DNA of 32,007 nt, taken from the NCBI GenBank assembly GCA_008369845.1, contig MRSU01004458.1:1-32007 (forward strand), given 5' to 3'. Positions within the stretch are counted from its first letter, which is position 1. Each line of letters opens with the position of its first letter. The position numbers and the translations under genes are program-made. The notes beneath the pieces were generated by a model that saw only the letters and a list, made by a program, of their open reading frames with translations, did no database searches and had not been told where the DNA came from. Below are positions 9,057 through 18,519 of this stretch, piece by piece. Origin of the DNA: Trichomonas gallinae (taxonomy: Eukaryota).

Positions 9057-11009
9057 ATGACTTCAAGGCAACACTATGATGCTACTGAAGAGGAAAAAAG
9101 TATTCTTGTCCCGGCCATCCAGACGTATTTCAACTACCAGCCAAGGAGTGAAGAAAGAAACTCGATAATTACACAACTTTTAGAAAAATTGCAGAAAATC
9201 AATCCTGATCATTGGAATACGACAAATGTTCGTGTTTGGCTGCGTAACAATCAGAAGAATTTTTCCAATTTATCTCAAGGAATTAACACAAATCCATTTT
9301 TTGCGCATCCAGTTTATGAGAAACCAATTCCTCCCGAGCCACAGAAGTTAATTACATCAACCAATGCGCAAAACGACCCAATGATTTCTTTCGGACCTTT
9401 GATAAATTCAGATTTAAAGAACCTTCCAAAAGAAACGGGAAACTCTGTAGTTTTCAATTTCCCATTGCCGAGATCTCCATCCATTCCTCCTATTTTGGAT
9501 ACGAGTTCTCGCCCAGTTTCTCCTTTTTTATTCGACAACCTTTTCAGTCGCCCTCCATCTGCGTTCAATCCAGATACGTCGCATGATTCAACTTTACCAC
9601 CAAAGAAAGGAAGTTTTCTCGATTCAACGAATCCATCTCGCCAACCATCGCTTACTCCTTCAATTGAGACTAAGAAATACGAGCCTGTTGCTCCTCTCGA
9701 GCTGATTATCCCAACTGTTCCAGATAATCTCCAAGAAAATCAATTTGATTCGATTAAGAACGAAATGCAGTCGATTCTTAAGAAATTGCTTGCTGGAATC
9801 ACCAGGCTTTCAACAAACGAGTATTTAATGAAATCTGCTGAGCAACTGCAGCATGAAGCTTATATGAATCAAATTCTCGATATAATGTTCAAGAAGCTTC
9901 ATCTCAAGCGCGTGCATGTAACAGATGACGAATCATCCTACATCATGCCATCAACAGTTGACAATACTCAGCAAAATCAGATGGTTTTGATAAAAACTTT
10001 GACAACTCATCCGAAAAACATCCCTCCGAAGCTTGTTAGCTTATACAAAGGCTCGTCCTCGATCAATATGCAGACGATTGAAAACTTTATTTGCGCATAT
10101 TTCGGAACAGAAGCAACAATCACGATTACAGGCTCTGACAACCAATATATCGCATCCTGCTGCGGAAGAACATTCAAGCTCCAAGAATCACAGCCTAAGA
10201 CAGTGTTCATCGATGAAAATAAGAACAGATTATGGATTAATTACGGCACAACGGTTTCTTCTTACAAATTACAGAATATCCGCGAACAGCCTGAAGGAGA
10301 AATCACAATAACACCGGAATATTCAGTCCAAGTACCTCCTGTCGATGGAGCTGTCTGCAATTTGAATGATTTCGTTTTCACACTCTCTTCTGGTTCTTTA
10401 ATCAAGACGAATCTCTCCAACAGCTCACCACCAGTGCCAATTGACCTTAGGCTTAACGAGAATCCGTTGCTTAAGCCAGATATGATGACTTCTCATCATT
10501 CTTCGCTTTTCATCGCTTCCAAGGATTATCACACGGTTTACGTTTACGACTACAACCTGTCAATACAGGAGAGACTGGTTGGACACACAGGAAATATCAA
10601 TTTCCTGCATTGTTCGAATAATTTATTGTTTGTTGGCGCGACTGACCAGTTTGTCCGCATATATGATGCAAATTCGCTCCTGCTCATGACAATTATCGAT
10701 ACTACAGACTTCATGCCTTCTTCTGCGTCTGCAGGAAAACTTAATGAATTCCCTGTTGTTTTCCTGGGAGGCTGCTCGAACGGAAGATGCAGTATTCGCG
10801 TCTATGACGTCAATCAGAAGGCCTTTATAAGTGAAATCTTCACTGAAAATCAAATTCCAACTCTGATTAACTTCGATAGTGAGAATTTCGTATTGGAAGT
10901 GCTTTGCCAAGACTTCGAGAAGAAGGGCGAAGCTGTTGTTGTTTCGTCTGAGCGCCCTCAAGTCGCGAAATCATTCTTCATTTCTTATTTTGTTACTCGC
11001 TCTTTTTAA
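9057..11009 (+). CDS. N-terminal homeodomain-like, Pro/Ser-rich linker, C-terminal WD40/beta-propeller protein
   Basis: TEEEKSIL...F...PRSEERNSI...NVRVWLRNN resembles homeodomain helices 1-3. LVGHTGNINFL...LFVGATDQFVRIYD is a WD40 repeat. ATG at 9057. Confidence 0.75.
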   Translation: MTSRQHYDATEEEKSILVPAIQTYFNYQPRSEERNSIITQLLEKLQKINPDHWNTTNVRVWLRNNQKNFSNLSQGINTNPFFAHPVYEKPIPPEPQKLITSTNAQNDPMISFGPLINSDLKNLPKETGNSVVFNFPLPRSPSIPPILDTSSRPVSPFLFDNLFSRPPSAFNPDTSHDSTLPPKKGSFLDSTNPSRQPSLTPSIETKKYEPVAPLELIIPTVPDNLQENQFDSIKNEMQSILKKLLAGITRLSTNEYLMKSAEQLQHEAYMNQILDIMFKKLHLKRVHVTDDESSYIMPSTVDNTQQNQMVLIKTLTTHPKNIPPKLVSLYKGSSSINMQTIENFICAYFGTEATITITGSDNQYIASCCGRTFKLQESQPKTVFIDENKNRLWINYGTTVSSYKLQNIREQPEGEITITPEYSVQVPPVDGAVCNLNDFVFTLSSGSLIKTNLSNSSPPVPIDLRLNENPLLKPDMMTSHHSSLFIASKDYHTVYVYDYNLSIQERLVGHTGNINFLHCSNNLLFVGATDQFVRIYDANSLLLMTIIDTTDFMPSSASAGKLNEFPVVFLGGCSNGRCSIRVYDVNQKAFISEIFTENQIPTLINFDSENFVLEVLCQDFEKKGEAVVVSSERPQVAKSFFISYFVTRSF

Positions 11010-11390
11010 TCAATAAAATACTATGTTATACTCTAAATGCATCTTATTTTTCGCTTTAAATCACTCTATTGCCAAATTTTAATTCTCGATTCGAGCTAAT
11101 ATTTATTTATGAGCATCATTTAAGTAGCAAACATGTAAACACTTCCATTTGGAGTTATTCGTGCCATTTATTAGTGATATTTTTCAAATTTTGCAAATTT
11201 GCATTATAAAAATTTAGTATTACCACTGTTGACTGTGCAATCACAATCCTCTACTTGTTTCCAACTACAAAAGAATTCCCTGAATTATAATTTTTTAGTT
11301 TGCAAATTATTTTTAAAAATGAAGTATTTTAAAAAGCTGTAAAGTAAGATAAATCAATTCTTTAAATGCAAACAAACAAAATTTAATAAT

Positions 11391-12221
11391 TTAATATGTT
11401 GATAAAATAATATTGATAATTGCTCCACAAGCTAGACCCACAATAAAAGAGTATCGCTGATAATCAATAAGTGCCAGCAAAATTGATGCCGCACCAAAGA
11501 AAATACCGAATAAGAATCCAAATACAAAATTTTGTCCAGGAAAGACATCTGGACTTGGTTCATCTATAGTTTCAATTTCGTTTCTGATTAATGGCGAATT
11601 CCTAAGTCTTTGATTTAGATTTCGTCCGTTGTTCCTTTCATTGCCTCGTTCATTATTTCTTTGATTGTTTCTGTCTTGCATAACTTCAACAACTGCTTGC
11701 TCATCTTCATTTTGGGGAGCCTGCGTTTGCTGTGGAATTTCGAAATTGTGTAAGTTAGGCAAATTAGCCCTAATCATACTACCAATATCGCGCTGGTTAA
11801 ACAAAACCGGGAACCATTCTTCTTCTAAGTCAATTCTCGATTGTTCCGAGCCATCTTCAGTATGATGTGTTTGGTGAAAAGATTCACGAATTTCTTGAAT
11901 TTGTTCTTGCGAGTAATTCATTCGAGCGAGACGATCAAAGCCTCGCAAATCATTGACCACAACTTGCTCTTTTTCTGGCGCGTTGGGGTCATTTCTGTAG
12001 AATCCTTGTATAGTGAACTCCATCATTGAGTCGAATCTGGATAAAACTTCCTTGCCGGTTAGAATTTTTCCTCGATAAATTAAGGTAAGGATTTTATTAT
12101 TAGGTATAGTGACTGTTTTGTCCTGTTTTATCTTGTCAATGAGATAACTCGTTGTTTCCTCGGGCGGAACTTCAAAAGTAAGATGCTGGTCTGCTGGTAG
12201 AATTACGTGAATTTTCAACAT
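11391..12221 (-). CDS. DSC3: Dsc3-like protein (ubiquitin-like domain + DUF2407-type C-terminus with TM segments)
   Basis: UBL (LKIHVIL...LTLIYRGKIL), RGFDRL...SQEQIQEIRESF...LEEEW, C-terminal GFLFGIFFG hydrophobic hairpin. First ATG at 12221. Confidence 0.78.
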   Translation of the reverse strand: MLKIHVILPADQHLTFEVPPEETTSYLIDKIKQDKTVTIPNNKILTLIYRGKILTGKEVLSRFDSMMEFTIQGFYRNDPNAPEKEQVVVNDLRGFDRLARMNYSQEQIQEIRESFHQTHHTEDGSEQSRIDLEEEWFPVLFNQRDIGSMIRANLPNLHNFEIPQQTQAPQNEDEQAVVEVMQDRNNQRNNERGNERNNGRNLNQRLRNSPLIRNEIETIDEPSPDVFPGQNFVFGFLFGIFFGAASILLALIDYQRYSFIVGLACGAIINIILSTY

Positions 12222-12306
12222 TTTCTTGAAAATGTAAATTTTTTTCAAATTGTTCGTTTTTAATCATATTGTTAATATTATGCTTGTTTTGAAGATTAAA
12301 TTTTCA

Positions 12307-12425
12307 AAAGTGACAATTATAATTTTGTAAAGGTAAAATGTCAATATTCATAGTTTTGTAAAGCAAAATTGTCAAATATATTATTATCAAATAAAATGTC
12401 AGATTTGTAATGTAAAAGAATCAGA
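12307..12425. repeat. Short degenerate ~30-bp repeats with TGTCA cores, plus AAAGTGAC
   Basis: TTTTGTAAAGGTAAAATGTCAA (12323), TTTTGTAAAGCAAAATTGTCAA (12354), AAAATGTCAG (12393); AAAGTGAC at 12307. Confidence 0.5.
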
Positions 12426-12505
12426 TTTTTTAAAATTACAAGTAGATACATGACATAAAAGCTAATAAAAATATTAAAGATCTGAAACAATTTCGACGAA
12501 ATTTA

Positions 12506-12870
12506 ATGTTGCACTCAGTCGCATCACAACAGAAAACGATTTTAATGCGATGTTAAAGATGATGTGAAAGAAAAATTTTGCGATGTTAAAGATGATGAAA
12601 CCATCTTGGATCGCTCAATCAAAGAATGTAATTTCTGGCTCGCGCGTCTCATCATGAAATTTAGTGGATACAACAAATACAACCATATTATGCTCAAAAA
12701 TACTGATTATAATCAAACTCCTTCTCAAAGTTCCTGGAATAGATATCAATGCAAAAAACGTTGACAACGATACAGCTTTGAATATTGCTTCTCAAGAAGG
12801 TCATCATGAAGTTGTCAAACTCCTTCTGACACTTCCTGGAATAGATATCAACGCACAAGAGAATGACTAA
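12506..12870 (+). pseudogene. Ankyrin-repeat gene remnant
   Basis: IIKLLLKVPGIDINAKNVDNDTALNIASQEGHHEVVKLLLTLPGIDINAQEND* is about 1.5 ankyrin repeats with no proper ATG start. Upstream frames are broken and contain a 19-bp duplication (12546/12579). 5' limit approximate. Confidence 0.85.
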
Positions 12871-13247
12871 AATTGCATAAACTAAATTCTAAACTCATTG
12901 TTTTTTTTTTTTTTTTTTTTTGAAAATCGTTGAGTTACACATAAAATTTATAGACAAAAAAAATCAGACAATTATAGTTTGTAATGATTTTTCTCGAAAG
13001 AAACCAATTAATGTGTCTAAATCGAATTAAAAATAAAGAAACTATGGAGAACTCTATGTATACTGACACAAATCAAATGGTATTATGATTGTGAAGTCAT
13101 TTTTATCCTGCGATTTTGATAACGTTTCTGTTCTGTATTTTTATAGCAGAAGAGACAGAAAATCCAAGGCTTTCATTGAAAAAATTGGCAAATCCAATTA
13201 AATATAATCCTCAATGCTCGTTGAAACAGTGCATTTCGAATTTCTAA

Positions 13248-14426
13248 TCTTCAATTCTGCAATTAAAGACTTCAGATCATGATAAAAGTTTTCAAAATGA
13301 AATACAGCATATAAATAATAAAATATATTTGAAAACAATCAATTTAACAATTCCTCGTGAAATTGAAATTAAAGATTCGATGTTTGACTCATGTACAAAT
13401 AACATCAATGATGGAGGTGCGTTTTATTGTGACCAGAATAATAGGAAGTTAATGATGAAATATTCCTGCTTCAACAAATGTACGTCAATCATAGGAAATG
13501 GCGGTGCAATATACTTTCCATTTGCAATATATGTCGAAATCGAATCTTCTTCATTCATTTCGTGCTTCGCGAAAAAATCAGGACAATCGATTTACATCGA
13601 ATATGGACAGAGAGAGGGAAAATTTTATTTTTTAAAGTCATCCACTGCTTACACATGCAACATTAATGGAAATTCTAACGAAGAAATTCGTCTGAGAACT
13701 GATGGATCGAAATTCGAGGAATTTAATACAACATACAATCACCTTAAAGGTAGTACAGCAGTTGTGTACTGCAAAATCTCGAATGTTGAATTAAAATATG
13801 GAAATATTATTGGAAACAGTGCTTATCAAGGAAATAACTTGATTTTCATATCAGCAATAGTTTCATGCATCAATCTGAATATAATCAATAATACATATAG
13901 ATATAATTCCATGTTTAATGTTGATACTTTTTATCTCAGCACTTATGATTGTTTTATTATTAATAACACAATCCATAACTTCATGGTGGCTAAAAAAGAT
14001 AAATTATGGGCAGAAAGAGTGATTTCAGATTTTGATATTTCAAATTGGAATGCATATCATATGAAAAGTTGTGAACTATACAATGGATCACGGATAATGA
14101 AGCAATTATCTATTCCTCACATTCGTACTCCGTATGGATTAACTCCAAATCCAATTCATTTCTCTTGCTTTAATATTTCACAGTTACAAGTATCAAACAC
14201 TACAAATTCTACAAATATGATCTTTGTTGTGATAGTAATTATTCTTATTTTAATGGCTTTTATTGTGATTTCAATGATATTTTTTGTTTTTATTGTGAGA
14301 AGTTCTATAAAAGGCTCTGCAAAAATAATCCTCACAAACAAAGAATTAAGCCTGCTGCAAAGAATTTCAATAATTCTTTTCAATCGAAATCAAGAAATCG
14401 AAGAATTAGCTCCAATTGGAAAATAA
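13248..14426 (+). CDS. GGA-motif (Pmp/pectin-lyase-like beta-helix) surface protein with C-terminal TM; 5' end defective, possible pseudogene
   Basis: GGAFYC, GNGGAIYF, SGQSIYI; Asn/Ile/Cys-rich; TM MIFVVIVIILILMAFIVISMIFFVFIV. Frame open from 13248, first in-frame ATG at 13380; the upstream ATG at 13214 is out of frame. Confidence 0.7.
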   Translation, partial: SSILQLKTSDHDKSFQNEIQHINNKIYLKTINLTIPREIEIKDSMFDSCTNNINDGGAFYCDQNNRKLMMKYSCFNKCTSIIGNGGAIYFPFAIYVEIESSSFISCFAKKSGQSIYIEYGQREGKFYFLKSSTAYTCNINGNSNEEIRLRTDGSKFEEFNTTYNHLKGSTAVVYCKISNVELKYGNIIGNSAYQGNNLIFISAIVSCINLNIINNTYRYNSMFNVDTFYLSTYDCFIINNTIHNFMVAKKDKLWAERVISDFDISNWNAYHMKSCELYNGSRIMKQLSIPHIRTPYGLTPNPIHFSCFNISQLQVSNTTNSTNMIFVVIVIILILMAFIVISMIFFVFIVRSSIKGSAKIILTNKELSLLQRISIILFNRNQEIEELAPIGK

Positions 14427-14747
14427 CTATAAATATTCTTTATTAACACTCTATGAGTTCATACTAGTATCAATATCCTGCATTCCACATTCAGCTTGCG
14501 TAAATGGCGAAGAATCTAGATGAACATCAAATATTTTTGACTTCATTGACGACCAAATGTAATAATTAACTCAAAAGCCTATGAGTAAACCGGATGTCAC
14601 ATCATCAGGATGATGTTTGAAAACTCGAATTCGAGATCCACCAACGAAAACAGCAAAGTACTGGTGCACTCGCCGATTTTATTAGATTGATACTAATTGA
14701 TCTTATTTCGCTGTGAGTTTCAGAAATTTTATTTTTTTTTTTTTTTA

Positions 14748-14876
14748 TTAGTGGGTGTAGACGGTCATGTATACAGTAGCCGCCGAGTCCTCCCAATAGA
14801 AGATAGACAAATTATTTCCGCAGCTGGTTCTAACATATATTACTAGTATTAACAAAGCCATTAATACGCTATGCAT
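14748..14876 (-). CDS. Candidate 42-aa small secreted/membrane peptide
   Basis: GCCACC-ATG; MHSVLMALLILVIYVRTSCGNNLSIFYWEDSAATVYMTVYTH; TAATAA running into an A15 tract; initiator-like TCATT about 25 nt upstream. Confidence 0.4.
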   Translation of the reverse strand: MHSVLMALLILVIYVRTSCGNNLSIFYWEDSAATVYMTVYTH

Positions 14877-15299
14877 GGTGGCAGTAATTAACAGATGTTC
14901 AATGAATTAAAAAAAAAAAAAACTATAGTGAAATCTAAATTTAAAAATCAAAATCAGAAACTATATATATCTATAATAATATCAATACATGAATTTCATG
15001 TCATAAAATTGTTATTTACTAAGAATCAACAGCTGTATTCTCAAATTATTTTATGTTGATATAAAATTATCAATCTTGCTACATGAGAACAAAAAATATG
15101 ATTTAATTTCTATAATATTTATCTATATGAACTTAATATTGTCTTCTTCCGCTTGATATACTTTCAACAAATATCTTAGATAAGCTTCGGAATGCCGTGC
15201 GCTATAATTTTGTTTCGTTGAAATGGACAGCGCGAAGCTAGATAAAGAAACAAATAATATAAAAAGACAAAAAACATAAACAAAAACAAAAATAAAAAA

Positions 15300-16010
15300 A
15301 TGAGTTTTCCACCCGAATTGAAGCAGCGATGTATCAATGCGATGAACAATTTGATGTCGCATCCAATTGCTGCTATTTTTGCTAAACCTGTTAATCCAGA
15401 AGAAGACGGAATTCAAAATTACTATGAAATTGTTAAACACCCAACTGATCTTTCGAAGATACGAGACAACTTAATAAATGATAAATATTCGAATGTACAA
15501 AGCTGGATAAACGAAATGCGCTACATCTGGTCAAATGCAGAAAAAATTAACGCAAAAGGTGGAGTTGTTCTTACACTTGCTGCTGAACTTAAAAAGCACT
15601 TCAAAAAGGAATTAAAACAAATAAAAAGCTACAAACTTAGAAAATGGACGAAATTGGCTGCATCGCTTAAAGATAAACTCGACGATCTTTTAGACCAGCC
15701 GCCAGATGCCCTTTCAAATTATGCAATAATAACAGAGCAAGTTTCAGATTCTGAACCGAACGATTTTGATGACATCGATCTGGGCAACTTAATATCAGCA
15801 ACAACATTCCTCACAGGGAACCAGGACGTGAAAAGAATATCAGCGATTATAAAAAGGCATAATCCAGAAGCTGCCCCAACAAATAACAATAACTGTGTCG
15901 ATATTCACGCACTATCAGCATCAGCACTGTCTGAACTTAAGGAATATGCAGAAAAACGCCTAGTCGAAATGAAAATTCCATATCCTCATGATGCGTTAAG
16001 GTTAGATTGA
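15300..16010 (+). CDS. Bromodomain protein, possibly with a C-terminal ET-like domain
   Basis: AAIFAKPVNPEEDGIQNYYEIVKHPTDLSKIRDNLINDKYSNVQSWINEMRYIWSNAEKIN (conserved Tyr and Asn). C-terminal VDIHALSASALSELKEY. Confidence 0.93.
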   Translation: MSFPPELKQRCINAMNNLMSHPIAAIFAKPVNPEEDGIQNYYEIVKHPTDLSKIRDNLINDKYSNVQSWINEMRYIWSNAEKINAKGGVVLTLAAELKKHFKKELKQIKSYKLRKWTKLAASLKDKLDDLLDQPPDALSNYAIITEQVSDSEPNDFDDIDLGNLISATTFLTGNQDVKRISAIIKRHNPEAAPTNNNNCVDIHALSASALSELKEYAEKRLVEMKIPYPHDALRLD

Positions 16011-16440
16011 TCCCTTCTCTTTGTTGTTCTCGAGGATATTGACTTGTTTGTTTGCTAATTAAACTGTATCTGTTGTTTCTTTGACCGATCGAATTTTTAC
16101 GAAAATTACTTTTAATGAATATGAAATAGCACAACAGCAGATAGAGATACTGTCTCCCATTCGAAATATTAGGAAGATAAAAGAAATAATGCAAAAATAC
16201 AATACAACACGAAATTTGATTGATGATTATATTAAATAATAAAGTGAAATACAATAGAAATCTTGGATAGTAAACGGAAGCAATGCCAAGCCAGGTAAAA
16301 AATTCGATCTCGTTATCAACAAAAATTAATATGGCAATTATCTAAAATGGATCATGAAAAATTCTACCATATAGACAATTACAATGAAAACTATCAATAA
16401 ATTAGATGATTGTTTCCAATGAATCTGACTCTGGATCAAA
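16010..16440 (-). pseudogene. Possible decayed multi-pass membrane protein
   Basis: Hydrophobic frame IIAILIFVDNEIEFFTWLGIASVYYPRFLLYFTLLFNIII... with upstream in-frame stops and no ATG. Limits approximate. Confidence 0.25.
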
Positions 16441-17778
16441 CGTGCTTGTTGATTGCTGTATTTGAATTCATAAGAGTATGATGTATAATATTATTGGATA
16501 AAAAAGGATGATGATGAATGTAGGATTTAATTTTTGATTGAAAATAAAAAAGAGGATTAGTGTTTTTCGTATATTCACGTTGATTATGTATATCCTAAGC
16601 GGATTAAAAAGTACTTCTAGAGGTTTCAATTTTGAGGGAATTTATTGACACATTAAATTGCAAAAAGTTGATCTAGCAATTAAGAAAAAATATTTGCAAA
16701 ATATTATCTCTACACATATAAGAAATTGAAATATCATGTTTGTTCAACCAAAATAAATTCTATTGATATCGGACGAACTTTTGAAAGTCATTTCATCGAA
16801 CACATGATAATGTTCTACGTCTATTTTGTAAATTGTGTTAATATAAAAATTTTTCTAATCTTGATTTAAATTTTGAATACTTTTGCTTAATTATTTTTAT
16901 CCATATTTACTATTTATGGTAAATATAACAATATTTTAAATTCAAGAAAAATTTAAGTTTTTATCAAATTTTGTTGTTGTATATCATTCGGCACAACAAT
17001 AACAAATCATTATTTTGATAGTTTGTGATTTTATTTTCGATGAGAAAATATCGTCTATATGACAATATCCAGTCTAATGCTAACAATTTCGTAGATAAAC
17101 CTCATAAATTTAACAAACTGAAATTTTAAACCGATTTTTGAGAATGACTTTTTGATACGCGCCGCAACGACTGCTTCATTCGCATTGTAATAGAACTCTA
17201 AAGCGATTGAAGATAACATACAGAGATTGAATGATTAAATGAATTGAAAAGGCTGCTCACATTTTTTTCAGATATTTCTAAAAAATTCAAATAAAATTGA
17301 ATACTTCCTGGGTAAATTTTGAAAATTGTGTGAATCCAAACTAAATATCCATTTATATAAAGATATTTCATGATGTTTTTTTAGGGAAAAAATGTTCTTG
17401 ATTAAGTTATAAAAATTAACTAATAGAGGACGCTGAGCGGTTCCAATGGGTTAATCTTGGGTAATTCTAAGTCTTCGCTGCACCGTATGATGACAAAAAG
17501 ACAAAACGAGAACAATTTGCGAGGAATTGTAAGGAAATTCTAAACATTGAGCGTTTATTTGACGTATTACGCGTTTTGTATTGCATGAGAGGAACATTTC
17601 CGCTCGAATTTCAAGGATGATTGAATTTCTGAGAACAAAAAAAAAATTTTTAATCCTCCTTCAACAAAAATTTTGGATAAGTTGTGAATTATCAAAAACC
17701 AGCTTTAAAAGTTATCCTATCATTACAAAAAAAATTTTTTTTTTTATTGTTTATTGTTTGGTGTTTTTTTGAAAAAAT

Positions 17779-18204
17779 ATGCATAGCAATAACTACAATA
17801 AATCCTCTACGCATGAGATAGATGATGATTCCAGCGATGGGAACGGGAATGATCAATGGACACCAGATACTGATGCTGATCCAAAAGATGATTACATTAA
17901 AGATTACTCTTCGGACGCTGATGACATGAAAATAAAGAAAAAACGAATACGCAAGAAAGGTAGAAAAGCCAAATTTCTCGTCGAACAAATGATATACGAT
18001 CAACAAGTTCTTGCAAATCAGCAAAGGATGATGCAATTCCAGCAACCACAACCTGTAGTTGTACAACCTATACCTCAACCGCCAGTAGCATATTGTCAAC
18101 AGAATTATACTCCAAATTTTATTCATTCACTTCCAGATCTAGAAACTGTTGGAGAGAATCACATTCCAGGAATATTTGATGTAGTACCCAGGGGCCAAAT
18201 GTGA
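17779..18204 (+). CDS. Hypothetical disordered protein (acidic tract, basic NLS-like stretch, Q/P-rich)
   Basis: 141 aa. EIDDDSSD, KIKKKRIRKKGRK, QFQQPQPVVVQPIPQPP. Confidence 0.7.
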   Translation: MHSNNYNKSSTHEIDDDSSDGNGNDQWTPDTDADPKDDYIKDYSSDADDMKIKKKRIRKKGRKAKFLVEQMIYDQQVLANQQRMMQFQQPQPVVVQPIPQPPVAYCQQNYTPNFIHSLPDLETVGENHIPGIFDVVPRGQM

Positions 18205-18519
18205 TATACTAATATATACATGTTACTAATAGAATCAATAAAAATTTGTTTATTTTATGAAAATACGCGATTATTCGGTGGATAACACCTATCTTCTTAT
18301 AGAGTCTAAATAAATTACAATGCTCAAAATATTACTTTCAATTAATTCCCGGCTGGTGGATATTTCTCAAACTTTGACTTCTTTTTTGTGATTAACAGTA
18401 ATTGAATATGTAAGAACTTCCAGCAGCCTAAATTAGCTTGAAGATGCTGAGTAATCAAAGTCAAATAATGGAAAACACAAATCATGATTTTAATTTTTGA
18501 TGGATTTTTTATTAACAAT

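Noticed and set aside
14923..14940. Minus strand ATTTAGATTTCACTATAG resembles the SP6 promoter (15/18)
   Set aside because: Mismatches fall in the central GTGA, the context is AT-rich, and no other vector sequence is seen; probably chance.
16762..16870. IDIGRTF resembles a TBC/Rab-GAP motif
   Set aside because: Short frame with no other TBC motifs.
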